Origin: Candidatus Sulfomarinibacteraceae bacterium | GTDB taxonomy: Bacteria > Acidobacteriota > Thermoanaerobaculia > Thermoanaerobaculales > Sulfomarinibacteraceae | NCBI GenBank assembly: GCA_963796455.1 | Contig: CAWCLO010000001.1 | Span: 800,001 to 864,000, forward strand | Length of the DNA stretch: 64,000 nt | Reading direction: 5' to 3' | In this document: piece by piece, positions 8,466 to 18,690 of the stretch | Numbering within the stretch: the stretch's first letter is position 1 | Layout of the letters: every line of letters starts with the position of its first letter | The notes under the pieces: generated by a model | Database searches by the model: none | What the model was told of the DNA's origin: nothing | Seen by the model: only the letters and a program-made list of their open reading frames with translations | Position numbers and translations under genes: made by a program

Positions 8466-10319
8466 TCAGGCCTCGGGCTCGTCGACCAGCAGCGTTAAAC
8501 CCGCTTTTTCCTCGGCGACCAGGGCGTCGTAGGCCGCACCGGAGACCCTTTTCTGCAGCTTGTCCGAGACTGCCAGAACCATCGGGAAGCCTTCCCAGCC
8601 GAGTTGCTCACCGCTTTTTTCGATCACCACCCTGCCGTCGGCTATGAGGCTGCTCGCCTCGGCCAGCGGACGCCCGGCAAACAGGGATTCCAGGGTCTGG
8701 ATGACGGCTTCGTGGTCGGGATTGAGAAACTGGACCCGGCGACGGCTCTGGATCGCCACGTGATAGCTGGCCGGGACATAGTAGATCCCGTCGAGTTCGA
8801 GAATTTCGGCCACCGCCACCAGCAGTCCAAAGACGTCTTTGAGCAGCCCCAAGCCGGGGTGATTCTGACCGGGAAGCTGTTGTTGGTAGGGCCCGAAATG
8901 AGCCCGTGGGTTCTGCAGCAACAACCACTCGATCACGAGCATCTCGCACCCGCTGACCACCCGAGCGCTGCGGTTGACTCGAAGCTCCACCAACAGCTCA
9001 CGGTGATCCGGATGCGAGTAGACGCGGAGCGTGTCGCCGATGCTGCCGGTGAGATCGACCTCGACCGAGGGGTGGCGGAAACCCCGCAAACGAAGCTGAT
9101 CGAGCAACCCAAGGCGTTCCAGAAGCAACTCGATTCCGTGCTGCGAAAAGTGCCCGAGAAACCGCGTTCTGCGCGGCGCTTCCGGAAGCACCCCCACCAG
9201 ATCCTCCTCGGTCAATTGCCATGCAAAGCCCGACGGCTCCGACGTCAGATCCGAAGGATTGATCGAACTGCGAATCCGTCTGAAACGGCGAAGAATCATC
9301 TCGGCATTGTCGGGTGTCCTGGCCACCGTTCCGGAAATCAGCCAGGAAAAGAACCTCGCACTGTAGCGCCAACTGCCGCCCCCATAACCACCTGCGAGAA
9401 CGATGACCAGGGGAACCCGCCGACGCGCCCGCCGCAGGAGCTCGACCACCAACCGGTCGCGACGGAACATCCCGTCAGCAGTGATTTTCCAGTTCCCGAG
9501 TTTGTCGTCGATGGCCGGGTCCGTGCCCGCTACGTAGATGACCAGCCCGGGCCGAACCTTCGAGCCAACATCAGGGAGAGTCTTGAGCAGGGTGCCGAGA
9601 TAGACCTCATCACCGACCTCGTCACCGAGGGCGATCGAGGTCGAGGCCTCGGCCTCTGTTTCGCTCCAGTGATGGTTGTGAACCGAGTAGGTATGAACCG
9701 TTGAGTCGTGAGCAAAAACCTCGCGGGTCCCGTTGCCGTCGTGGATATCGAGATCGACAACCAGGATGGGTTCTTTGAAGCCCTTGGCCCGCAGCCGCGC
9801 GATGGCGATGGCGATATCGTTGAAAATGCAGAAGCCCATGCCCTTGTCGCGCGAGGCGTGGTGGAAGCCGCCACCGAGGTTGATGGCCACCGATCTGCTC
9901 TGAAGGGCCAGACGCGTGGCCAGAATCGTCCCGCCCACTCCCACCCGTTGGTGGTCGATCATTCGCTCGGCATCCGCATCGCTGATCTTCTCCCCGAAAA
10001 TCCTCTCGGTCACCGCAGGGTCTTGACCGATAGCATCCACATATTCGGGGTCGTGGACCCGCAGCAGGCTGCGCACCGCCGGTCGCCGGGGAAGCGAGAT
10101 GTCATCGCGATCGAGCAGCCCCTCGTCGACCAGAAAACCGAGGATCTTCGCCCCCCGCATCGGATCGAGAGGCGCCCCGTCAAGGGTTTGTCCATAGAGA
10201 TCGTGGTAGATGAAACGAACCGACGAGGAGGACCACCGCCGCCTGATTTGCCGCCAGCCCCGCCGGAAGGCGCGACCAAACCGCATGATCGGGTTCACCG
10301 GCGCGGGATGGGTGTCCAT
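8466..10319 (-). CDS. Histone-deacetylase-family (Zn-dependent) protein with a ~280-aa C-terminal extra domain
   Basis: GGGFHHA, GFCIFND, DLDIHDGNGT, AGTD, LAGGY. Confidence 0.9.
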   Translation of the reverse strand: MDTHPAPVNPIMRFGRAFRRGWRQIRRRWSSSSVRFIYHDLYGQTLDGAPLDPMRGAKILGFLVDEGLLDRDDISLPRRPAVRSLLRVHDPEYVDAIGQDPAVTERIFGEKISDADAERMIDHQRVGVGGTILATRLALQSRSVAINLGGGFHHASRDKGMGFCIFNDIAIAIARLRAKGFKEPILVVDLDIHDGNGTREVFAHDSTVHTYSVHNHHWSETEAEASTSIALGDEVGDEVYLGTLLKTLPDVGSKVRPGLVIYVAGTDPAIDDKLGNWKITADGMFRRDRLVVELLRRARRRVPLVIVLAGGYGGGSWRYSARFFSWLISGTVARTPDNAEMILRRFRRIRSSINPSDLTSEPSGFAWQLTEEDLVGVLPEAPRRTRFLGHFSQHGIELLLERLGLLDQLRLRGFRHPSVEVDLTGSIGDTLRVYSHPDHRELLVELRVNRSARVVSGCEMLVIEWLLLQNPRAHFGPYQQQLPGQNHPGLGLLKDVFGLLVAVAEILELDGIYYVPASYHVAIQSRRRVQFLNPDHEAVIQTLESLFAGRPLAEASSLIADGRVVIEKSGEQLGWEGFPMVLAVSDKLQKRVSGAAYDALVAEEKAGLTLLVDEPEA

Positions 10320-10335
10320 GGGGAAAGGATAGTCC

Positions 10336-10406
10336 GAGAATGAAGAATTAGGAATGAGGAATTCGAAGTTCGGAGTTCGGAGTTCGGAATATTGAGGTTT
10401 GAGTTT
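10336..10406. repeat. Run of mixed 7-mer repeats (GAATGAG/GAATTAG, GAGTTCG, GAGTTT variants)
   Basis: gagaatgaagaattaggaatgaggaattcgaagttcggagttcggagttcggaatattgaggtttgagttt. Confidence 0.7.
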
Positions 10407-10425
10407 ATCGAGGGCACCGGTCTGG

Positions 10426-11310
10426 CTAGAGCTGCTCGATCTTGTAGCCTCGCGATTTGAGTTCGCTGATCAGACCCTTTTCTCCGACAAGATGGAGGCC
10501 GCCTACGACCACGAGGGCATCGGTGGTGCCCGCAAGGAGCATTTCGATCGGCACCATCCACTCCTGGTTGCGGTCGCTCACCATTTTCGTGAAAACGGTC
10601 GGAAACTCCTCGAAACCGTCCAACAACAGCTTCTCGACGGGTTCCACCTCCCCCACTCTCCAGTGGGCCGAGAGCTCATCGAGCTCCGCAATCATGGACT
10701 TCAAATCGACCAGGGTGTACTCGAGGAAGGCGAGGCTCTGCTCCGCCGTCAGATCGGCAAAGAGACTGACTTGAAAATCAACGGTTTCAAGGGGCACGCG
10801 GTCTTTTCCGTCCTTGCCCGCGCGTTGCGAGAAATAGGAGTCGAGACCCTTTGCCGGCAGATACCCTGCACCCATCATCTCGAGTACGGTGAGGTTGAGC
10901 GCAGCCATCCACGGCTTCATGACCTGGAACATCTCCGCAGGGAAGCCCTTCGCATCGAGGTGGCTCTTGAAATCCGCCCAGATCACGGGCCCGACCAGCG
11001 TTTCCAGACGTTGCCCGTCTGCGAGGCTTCCGGCCGCCAGCATCTTCGCGGCTGCAGTGTTCATCTCGTCGAGATTGACCTCGAACACGACCGTATTGAC
11101 GGCGTCGTAGGCCTTTTCCATCGCTGCGGGCAACGGATAGGATTCCTCTTTCATCGCGTGAATCGATCCCAACAGATACACCGAAGCAGTTGGACTCGAA
11201 GCACGCCAGAGAAAAGTCTTTTCAGCCGCGGTCGCCGGAGCCGGCGCCACCAGCACCGCTCCCCCGAAACCCAAAACCGCCAGCGACACCATCAACATTC
11301 GATTGCTCAT
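10426..11310 (-). CDS. TraB/GumN family protein
   Basis: Signal peptide, [40 protein letters not shown]. Confidence 0.9.
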   Translation of the reverse strand: MSNRMLMVSLAVLGFGGAVLVAPAPATAAEKTFLWRASSPTASVYLLGSIHAMKEESYPLPAAMEKAYDAVNTVVFEVNLDEMNTAAAKMLAAGSLADGQRLETLVGPVIWADFKSHLDAKGFPAEMFQVMKPWMAALNLTVLEMMGAGYLPAKGLDSYFSQRAGKDGKDRVPLETVDFQVSLFADLTAEQSLAFLEYTLVDLKSMIAELDELSAHWRVGEVEPVEKLLLDGFEEFPTVFTKMVSDRNQEWMVPIEMLLAGTTDALVVVGGLHLVGEKGLISELKSRGYKIEQL

Positions 11311-11482
11311 CAATCCTCCCAAATACCAAAACCAGTGTATCGGCCTCGAGGCCTCGCGCCGCCCATCTGCTGAGGATTTACCGATCTTTGACGTGGCTGG
11401 GACAAGGCGGGGACCGCATTTTCTGCTGCATGATATGGTGTATCAACGACGATCGAAACTGTCCACTACGGGAGAAATACTT

Positions 11483-11998
11483 ATGGCAAACCCCAGTGCG
11501 AAATTTGAAACATCGATGGGAAATTTTACGGTCGAGATCTTTCTTGACGAGATGCCGACGACGGCGGGCAACTTCATCGCCCTCGCCAACGACGGCTTTT
11601 ATGACGGGCTCCATTTTCACCGCGTCATCAAAAAATTCATGATCCAGTTCGGGTGCCCGCACTCGAAGGATCCGGAAAGCTCGCGGGCCGGCACCGGCGG
11701 ACCTCCCCATGGCACCATTGCGGACGAACATCTGGAGAACGCAAAATTCTCGAACGAGCCGGGCACCCTGTCGATGGCGAACACCGGCCGCCCCAACAGC
11801 GGCGGGTCCCAGTTCTTCATCAACACCGCAAAAAACAGCTTCCTCGACTGGTTCAGCGCTGGGCAATCCAAACACCCGGTCTTTGGCAAGGTGACCGAGG
11901 GCATGGATGTGGTGCAGGCTATCGAGGCCACCAAGACCAATGCCCAGGATCGACCTCTGACCCCGGTGAAGGTGGAGAAGATCACCATCAGCACCTAG
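11483..11998 (+). CDS. Cyclophilin-type peptidyl-prolyl isomerase
   Basis: [40 protein letters not shown]. Confidence 0.95.
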   Translation: MANPSAKFETSMGNFTVEIFLDEMPTTAGNFIALANDGFYDGLHFHRVIKKFMIQFGCPHSKDPESSRAGTGGPPHGTIADEHLENAKFSNEPGTLSMANTGRPNSGGSQFFINTAKNSFLDWFSAGQSKHPVFGKVTEGMDVVQAIEATKTNAQDRPLTPVKVEKITIST

Positions 11999-12083
11999 CG
12001 AGGCAGGATACTGGATGCTGGATCACTGCTGTCCAAAACAGATGGTCATGAAGTTTCCCACCTGACAACACGTGGTTTACGGG

Positions 12084-12455
12084 TTGGTTTTTGGAAAACC
12101 CAGTTCGCGGTTGCCCCGTGCCCGTGTCCGCGTCCGAATTACAGCGGCAGCGACAGTGTCCAGCGTCAGCGACAGGCAACAGCGAACAGGGACAGCGGTC
12201 AGTGTTCAGCGACGGAGAGCAGCCGCAGCGATCAGGTGCAGTGACGGCGTAGCCACCTCCGGGTCGTTCAACAGGAAGGGGTAGCCGGTGGGCGGCCGCT
12301 CGTGACGTGATGAAGGTCTTCAATCAGGTCCGTGCCATGACCCGGCGACTCTTGGGCCCGAAGAAGTGAGTGTTGAACGCGGATCGCTGGCGCTGATCAC
12401 TGTCGCTGCCGCTGATTCCTGTCCGCTGTCGCTGAATTCTGTCGCTGTCCCTGTA
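12084..12455. repeat. Dispersed modular repeat copy: CAGCG arm, conserved core (12228-12291), inverted CGCTG arm
   Basis: The core gcgatcaggtgc..gccacctccgggtcgttcaa..gtagccggtgg is shared with ~44658-44722 (reverse complement), ~53726-53788 and ~61700-61762. Confidence 0.8.
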
Positions 12456-12577
12456 CGCAATCCGAGACTCTGTCTTGGACAAGAGTGATGCTGGATTCAT
12501 TGAGATCGTAGATTCACGTTATAGCTTATCAACGGTCTTGTGCGATGGAATTCAATTCCTAATTCCTAATTCTGAAC

Positions 12578-13474
12578 CTATTCCTCGAGATTGAGAGCAT
12601 CCTTGGCGAGTTGTTTCGCGTACTCCATGGGCTCGGGGAGATCGGTGTTCTCGACCACGTGCCACTCGACGCGGTGGTGCTTCGAAAGCTCGTCGAGGCG
12701 CTGCCACAGATCGCGGTGCGAAACATCCTTGCCATCCCGGGTCTTCCACCCGCGGTCCTTCCAACCCGGCACCCAGGCGGTCGCACCATCTTTGAGGTAA
12801 TCGGAGACCGTATAAAGATGGACCCGGACCTGCCGTTTGAGTTCTTCAAGACCCGCGATCGCTCCCAGCAGGTGCATCCGGTTGGGTGAGGCCCCCGGGG
12901 ATCTCCCGCTGAGACCCTTTTCTTCGTCGCCGAAACGCATGACCAGGCCCCACGTGCCAGTCTTTTTCTTTCCCGAATATGCGACGGCCGTGAAGAGATG
13001 GACCGCTTTGGGGTCTTGGAGCGGCAAGGGCGCCCGGGGTATGGCAGCTGAAGCCAGGCGATCGGCGGCTTCGTTCCACTGGTCGCCGGCATGGCCCTTG
13101 GTCCAGCGCCAGGTCACGTCGTGGATCTCGAGAACCGCCGAAAGCTCCTCCCACAGGTCCCGGTTCTTGACGTCTTTCTTTCCGGCGGTCTTCCACCCTT
13201 TCGCCCGCCACTTGGACATCCACTCGGTAATACCGCTGCGCAAATAGGTGGAATCGGTGAAGAGTTCGACGCGGTGAGGAGTTTCGAGAGCGCGCAGCGC
13301 CTCGATGGCCGCCCGGATCTCCATTCTGTTGTTGGTGGCTTCTTTTTCGCCACCCGAAAGCTCGCGCACCTCCGCGCTGCCATACAGCAACACCGCGCCC
13401 CATCCTCCGGGGCCGGGATTCGGCCGACAACCGCCGTCGGTGTAAATGGTGATCTTGGGAAGGTCAGAAGTCAT
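12578..13474 (-). CDS. rnhA: Ribonuclease HI with a second, degenerate RNase H domain
   Basis: Domain 1: YTDGGC, TNNRME, TDS, WTKGHAG, NEAAD. Domain 2 repeats the fold (GW..RGWKT..K.V..RDLW) without the catalytic acids. Confidence 0.9.
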   Translation of the reverse strand: MTSDLPKITIYTDGGCRPNPGPGGWGAVLLYGSAEVRELSGGEKEATNNRMEIRAAIEALRALETPHRVELFTDSTYLRSGITEWMSKWRAKGWKTAGKKDVKNRDLWEELSAVLEIHDVTWRWTKGHAGDQWNEAADRLASAAIPRAPLPLQDPKAVHLFTAVAYSGKKKTGTWGLVMRFGDEEKGLSGRSPGASPNRMHLLGAIAGLEELKRQVRVHLYTVSDYLKDGATAWVPGWKDRGWKTRDGKDVSHRDLWQRLDELSKHHRVEWHVVENTDLPEPMEYAKQLAKDALNLEE

Positions 13475-13674
13475 GGTCGGAGACGATAGCAGAAGCGATG
13501 CTCGGTTGGTAATTCTGGATGCTAGATGCTACGAAAGCGTAGATTCCCCTCGCGGAGTGTGAAGGGCCGTGTACGACTATTCCTGAATCAGTGGTCTGAA
13601 TCTTGTGCCCGGGCGTGTGGGTTGGCCAAATCCCAAATCCGAAATCCGAAATTGAGCGAAGCGTGCGGCCGGTA

Positions 13675-14490
13675 TCACCCTTCCCGCTCACCCCTTTTGT
13701 CGACCCCGAGCCTCTTGACCAGAAAGGCCGTCAGCCATGGGGCGTGGCGTTCGAGGAATACGAGCGCCTTGCCGTGGCCGGTGATGACGACCACCCTCTT
13801 CCGTTTCAATACACCCTTGACCAGAGCAGCCGCAGCCTTCGTGGTGTCCATGCTGAGCCAGGCGGGAATCGGATCGGCGGCGTCTTTCCGGTATTCGCCA
13901 TCGTTGTCGACCTGGCGTATTTCGGAATCGACAAAGCCGGGCGCCAGCAGGGTCACCGCAACACCGTGCCGATCCATCTCTGCTTCGAGCGATCCGGCGA
14001 GCGCGCGCATGGCGTGTTTGGACATGGAATAGGGCGAACTCACCGGAATCGAAATATAGCTCATGACGCTGCCCATGATCGCCAGACCGCCGCGGCTCGC
14101 GATCAGGGCATCGCGAGTCGCATGTACCGTCCGCAAGACGCCAAAGATATTGGTTTCGAACTGGCGTCGGTAATCGTCCAACTCGAGCTTGTGAACGGCG
14201 CCTGCAACCCCGAAACCGGCATTTGCGATGACCCAGTCAATTCTGCCGAATTTTTCGAGGGCCTTTTCGACCGCAGCTTCCAGGTCGCCGTCCACGGTCA
14301 CATCGCAACGGATGGTCAGAGCGCTTCGACCGCGCGCCCGGACCTCGAGCGCGAGCGCTTCGAGGCGTTCCCAACGCCGGGCGAGCAGCACCACATCGGC
14401 CCCTCGCCGTGCGAACTCTCGACTCATGGCGGCTCCGATTCCGGATGAAGCGCCGGTGATGAACGCGACCTTGCCTTTCAGATTCGCCAT
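13675..14490 (-). CDS. SDR family oxidoreductase
   Basis: TGASSGIG, ANAG, YSMSK, PGFV. Confidence 0.9.
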   Translation of the reverse strand: MANLKGKVAFITGASSGIGAAMSREFARRGADVVLLARRWERLEALALEVRARGRSALTIRCDVTVDGDLEAAVEKALEKFGRIDWVIANAGFGVAGAVHKLELDDYRRQFETNIFGVLRTVHATRDALIASRGGLAIMGSVMSYISIPVSSPYSMSKHAMRALAGSLEAEMDRHGVAVTLLAPGFVDSEIRQVDNDGEYRKDAADPIPAWLSMDTTKAAAALVKGVLKRKRVVVITGHGKALVFLERHAPWLTAFLVKRLGVDKRGEREG

Positions 14491-14552
14491 GTTGACCTCG
14501 TGGAATGATTGTAACGGAGGATGCGGCATGCGGGATCCATGGGTTCACCCAA

Positions 14553-14718
14553 TTCACCACCAAGACACCAAGGGCGCCAAGAGCGCAAAAAAATGAACTC
14601 GCATCGCGTCGCGGACGGGTCCATTTGTCCCCGCGGCCCAGAGGAGAGGAACCGCGAGATCCTTCGATGATTGATGAGCACATCAAAAACTTTGGTGGCC
14701 TCGGTGTCTTGGTGGTTC
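14553..14718. repeat. Inverted ~9-mer repeat palindrome (CACCAAGA... / ...TCTTGGTG)
   Basis: caccaccaagacaccaagggcgccaag faces ctttggtggcctcggtgtcttggtggtt. Confidence 0.7.
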
Positions 14719-14826
14719 CTCCGGTGGGCGGGCCGATATTCCGATATCCAGAATCCGACGTCCCCTCGGTCGGGTGGTCGGGTTCCTGTATTCTCTCTCG
14801 GTACGGAAACCGGAAAAGGAGCGACC

Positions 14827-15990
14827 ATGACCACATCAAGAAGAGACTTTGTTCAGCTTTCCCTGATCGCCGGCGGCGCCGTCGGCCTCGGCCTCGCACG
14901 AAATGCCCGGGCGGCCTCGTCCGACGTCGGCACCGCCGCCAAAAAACTCAAAATCCTCATTCTCGGTGGCACCGGTCTGATCGGACCGCCGATGGTCGAG
15001 TACGCCATCGCCCGCGGACACGAGATCACCCTCTTCAATCGCGGCAAGACCAACTCGCATCTCTTCCCGGACCTGGAAAAGCTCAAGGGCGACCGCAACG
15101 ACGATATCTCGGCCCTCAAGGCCCAGGTCGACGCCGGCCGCAGGTGGGACGTGGTCGTCGACAACACCGCTTCGATCCCGCGTTGGGTCAACGAAAGCGC
15201 CACTCTTCTCGCCGACTCTGCCGATTTTTACCTCTATACATCGTCGGTCTCCGCCTATGCAGATCACTCGGTGGCGGGCGCCGATGAGACCGCGGCACTC
15301 GGCCAGATAACCCCTGAAGACGAGGCCAAGGTCCTGACCACCAAGGACATCACCGGCGACAACTACGGCCCCCTCAAGGCCCGATGCGAAGAAGAGGCCT
15401 GCAAGGCCTTCCCTGAGGCCTGCTGCGTGGTTCGGCCAGGGCTGATCGTCGGTCCCGGCGACTACTCCGACCGCTTTACCTATTGGCCGGTCCGGGTCTA
15501 CCGCGGCGGCGAGGTCATGGCACCCGGCAACCCCACCGACCCCGTCCAGTTCATCGACAGCCGCGACCTCGGCGAATGGTATGTGGAGCTGGTGGAGAAT
15601 CGGACCACCGGACATTTCAACGGTGTCGGTCCGAAATCGCCGATGAGCATCGCCGGCATGCTGCACGGAATCCGGGCCACGGTCTCCAACGACATCTCCT
15701 TTACCTGGGTGCCGGCCGACTTCCTCGAGGAGCACGAGGTCGAGGCGTGGCGTCACATGACGGTCTGGGTGCCGGCCATCGGCGAATTTGCGGGGTACTC
15801 CACGTCCAATATCGATCGCGCAATCGAGGCCGGTCTCACCTTCCGCCCCCTTGCCGATACCGTCGTGGCGACGATGGATTATTGGAACTCCCTGCCCGCA
15901 GACCGTCGGGAGAAACCGCGCGCCGGTTGTCCGCCCGAGCTCGAGGAGAAAACCCTTGCCGCGTGGCATGCCAAGGAAGATTCGGATTGA
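14827..15990 (+). CDS. NAD-dependent epimerase/dehydratase family protein with a Tat signal
   Basis: SRRDF twin-arginine leader, ILGGTGLIG, YGPLK, RPGLIVGP. Confidence 0.88.
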   Translation: MTTSRRDFVQLSLIAGGAVGLGLARNARAASSDVGTAAKKLKILILGGTGLIGPPMVEYAIARGHEITLFNRGKTNSHLFPDLEKLKGDRNDDISALKAQVDAGRRWDVVVDNTASIPRWVNESATLLADSADFYLYTSSVSAYADHSVAGADETAALGQITPEDEAKVLTTKDITGDNYGPLKARCEEEACKAFPEACCVVRPGLIVGPGDYSDRFTYWPVRVYRGGEVMAPGNPTDPVQFIDSRDLGEWYVELVENRTTGHFNGVGPKSPMSIAGMLHGIRATVSNDISFTWVPADFLEEHEVEAWRHMTVWVPAIGEFAGYSTSNIDRAIEAGLTFRPLADTVVATMDYWNSLPADRREKPRAGCPPELEEKTLAAWHAKEDSD

Positions 15991-16021
15991 GGAGCTAGGG
16001 ACCAGGGCCAGGGTCTAGGAT

Positions 16022-17317
16022 ATGGGATTTCTTACCCGTCTTGTTGCCGTCGAGAAGGGCGAAGTCCGGCCCATGTTGTGGGCTGTGGCCTACTATTTTC
16101 TCCTGCTTGCCGCCTATTTCGTAATCCGCCCGATTCGCGACGAAATGGGTGTGGCAGGAGGGGTGGGAAATCTCCAATGGCTCTTCCTGGGTACTCTGAT
16201 CGGGATGCTGCTTTTCCATCCGATTTACACTGCGCTGGTCTCGAAGCTGAGGCGCAGCCTGTTCATCCCGCTCTCCTATACTTTTTTTGCGCTCAACATT
16301 CTCGTTTTCTGGTTTCTCTTTCGGAACATCGACGAGGGCTCCGCGATCTGGGCGGGACGGGTCTTCTTTGTCTGGACGTCGGTCTTCAACCTCTTTGTGG
16401 TTTCGATCTTCTGGTCGCTGATGGCAGATCTCTTTCGACCCGGGCAGGCCGCCCGCCTCTTCGGATTTGTGGCCGTCGGGGGCACAATCGGCGCAGTAAC
16501 CGGTTCCTCGATCACCGCCTTCCTCGCAGAGATACTCACGCCAAACAATCTGCTGTTGGTGTCGGCGACTTTGCTCGGCCTGGCGATACTTGCCGCCCGG
16601 CAATTGATGAAATCGGCACCCCGCAGGAATGACGAAGACATGACAGTTTCGGTGGATGCCGACGCACCGGTCGGCGGCAAAATCCTCGACGGTATTCGGT
16701 TCGTGTTTTCGTCGCCCTATCTCCTCGGAATTGTCGGCTACATGTTTCTGTACACCGTGACAGCGACCTTCCTCTACTTCCAACAGGCCGAAATCGTCGA
16801 AGTGAGTTTTTCGGATCGGACTCTGAGGACGGTGTTTTTTGCCCGAGTCGATCTTGCGGTCAACTCCTTGACGGCCATCATGCAGATCTTTTTGACCGGC
16901 CGGATCGTTCGCCGAATCGGGGTGGCCCTCGCGCTCGCGACCCTGCCGTTGGTCTGCATCCTCGGATTCATCGCGATCGGCGCAACACCAACACTTTTGG
17001 CTATCGCCGTCTTCCAGATTCTGCGCCGAACCAGCAACTACGCGATCGCCAGACCTTGTCGCGAAATGCTCTACACGGTCATCCCGCGAGGCGCGAAGTA
17101 CAAAGCAAAGAACTTCATCGACACCTTTATCTATCGAGTCGGCGACCAGATTGGAGCGTGGTCCTACACCGGCCTCGCCGCCATCGGACTCACGACAGCC
17201 GGCATCTCGATGGTTGCTGCACCGCTGGCCGCGGTGTGGCTGGGGATCGGCCTCTGGCTCGGCCGGCGCCAGAAGGAAATGGCTACAGATTCTGAAATGA
17301 TTTTGCGCTCAGATTGA
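16022..17317 (+). CDS. MFS transporter, NTP/NDP exchange (TLC/NTT-like)
   Basis: Multi-TM protein with IRPIRDEMG, FWSLMADLF...RLFG, ARPCREMLYT and KYKAKNFIDT. Confidence 0.82.
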   Translation: MGFLTRLVAVEKGEVRPMLWAVAYYFLLLAAYFVIRPIRDEMGVAGGVGNLQWLFLGTLIGMLLFHPIYTALVSKLRRSLFIPLSYTFFALNILVFWFLFRNIDEGSAIWAGRVFFVWTSVFNLFVVSIFWSLMADLFRPGQAARLFGFVAVGGTIGAVTGSSITAFLAEILTPNNLLLVSATLLGLAILAARQLMKSAPRRNDEDMTVSVDADAPVGGKILDGIRFVFSSPYLLGIVGYMFLYTVTATFLYFQQAEIVEVSFSDRTLRTVFFARVDLAVNSLTAIMQIFLTGRIVRRIGVALALATLPLVCILGFIAIGATPTLLAIAVFQILRRTSNYAIARPCREMLYTVIPRGAKYKAKNFIDTFIYRVGDQIGAWSYTGLAAIGLTTAGISMVAAPLAAVWLGIGLWLGRRQKEMATDSEMILRSD

Positions 17318-17747
17318 CCGCGCGGGCGAAGCCGCCGACCAGACGACCGCGCTCGAAGCACAATCGGTAGAGGTTGAAATCACCCAGGCTGAAGGTCTGT
17401 TCGGATGTCGGGAAGCGATGGATATAGGCCATTCGCGATGCCGCATACTCGCCGTCCGTCCGGGCTACCAGCTGGACTGTGCCCGAAATGGTCACACGGG
17501 CAACCTGGAGGGCATCCTCTCGCTCACTGACGGCACCGTGGATGAGCGCACTGAACGGCAGACCGGGTTGAAGCCCCCGGCTGTGTCGAGCCAGCTGCGA
17601 AGCATGAACCAGTGCAGAACCGTGGTCCGCAGCAACCACAAAAGGCAACAACCCGACGTGGGGTTCGCCCTCGACCAGAACCCCGAGGGACAAAACTCGG
17701 GTCTCGGTGAGAAGCGCTCTGAGAAGGTCACGATCTTCCATTTTCAT
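17283..17747 (-). CDS. Pyridoxamine 5'-phosphate oxidase-like (HugZ-type) split-barrel protein
   Basis: HASQLARHSRGL, RVTISG, LGDFNLYRL, GRLVGGFARA. Confidence 0.8.
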   Translation of the reverse strand: MKMEDRDLLRALLTETRVLSLGVLVEGEPHVGLLPFVVAADHGSALVHASQLARHSRGLQPGLPFSALIHGAVSEREDALQVARVTISGTVQLVARTDGEYAASRMAYIHRFPTSEQTFSLGDFNLYRLCFERGRLVGGFARAVNLSAKSFQNL

Positions 17748-17849
17748 AACAGCTGTCCGATCTCTATCCTCCGAGTCGACTCATCCACTCGTACATCCCC
17801 AGACCCGCCAGCTCGGGGTAGAGGCTACTTACAAGGTTAGAATCCCATT

Positions 17850-18639
17850 ATGACCAAAAAGTCACATCGCGTCCGCCTTGTCTCGTGGAAGGCTGATCGG
17901 GCAAGTGAGATTGCAGCCGGTCTCGAAACGGCCGGTTTTCAGGTCGATGCTGGAGCCATCGACAACGCCGCCCTGAAGGCCATGGCCAAAGCCCCACCCG
18001 AGGCGGTGGTCATCGATCTCGGCCGCCTGCCGGCACAGGGGCGGGATATCGGCATCGCAGTCCGCACCCGGGCGAGCACTCGAAATGTGCCTCTCGTGTT
18101 CGTCGACGGCGCAGCAGAAAAGGTCGCTAAGAGCCAGGCAACAACTCCCAGATGCGGTCTACACGACTCGCTCGGAGATGGTCACAGAAACTTTCGAAGC
18201 GATCGCGAACCCTCCCGCCAACCCGGTCGTTCCCGCTTCGAATCTGGCCGGGTACTCGGGAACCCCACTGGCGAAGAAGCTCGGCATCAAGACCGATTCG
18301 ACCGTTGCCCTGGTGGATGCTCCGGACAATTTTGCCTCGACCCTGGTTGAGCTGTCGCCGGAAGTGTCCCTGGTTGCCGGCGTCAATACCGATGCGCAGG
18401 TCACCTTTTGGTTCATCCGCTCCCTTGCGGATCTGAAGGACGGAATCAAGAACATGGCGGCAAGCTCCGCGGACGGACGATTGTGGATCTGCTGGCCGAA
18501 AAAGGCTTCCGGCATCGCCACCGACGTGACCCAGAACGAGGTCCGCAACCGCGGGCTCGCGACCGGCATCGTCGATTTCAAGATCTGCGCCATCGACAGC
18601 ACATGGTCGGGTCTGTGCTTCACCCGCCGCAAGAATTGA
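17850..18639 (+). pseudogene. REC-like domain + DUF3052-like domain protein, frameshifted near 18129
   Basis: Frame 1 runs to VPLVFVDGAAEKVA; frame 2 continues RARQQLPDAVYT...AGYSGTPLAKKLGIK...WICWPKKAS...VDFKICAID. One extra A in gctaagagcc separates them. Confidence 0.7.
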
Positions 18640-18690
18640 CCCTTCGATCAAGGCTGAAGACCGATTACAATCTCTGCCGAGGGGGCAGCC

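Noticed and set aside
12578..13474. Retroelement-associated RNase H
   Set aside because: No reverse transcriptase or integrase nearby; domain 1 is a typical cellular RNase HI.
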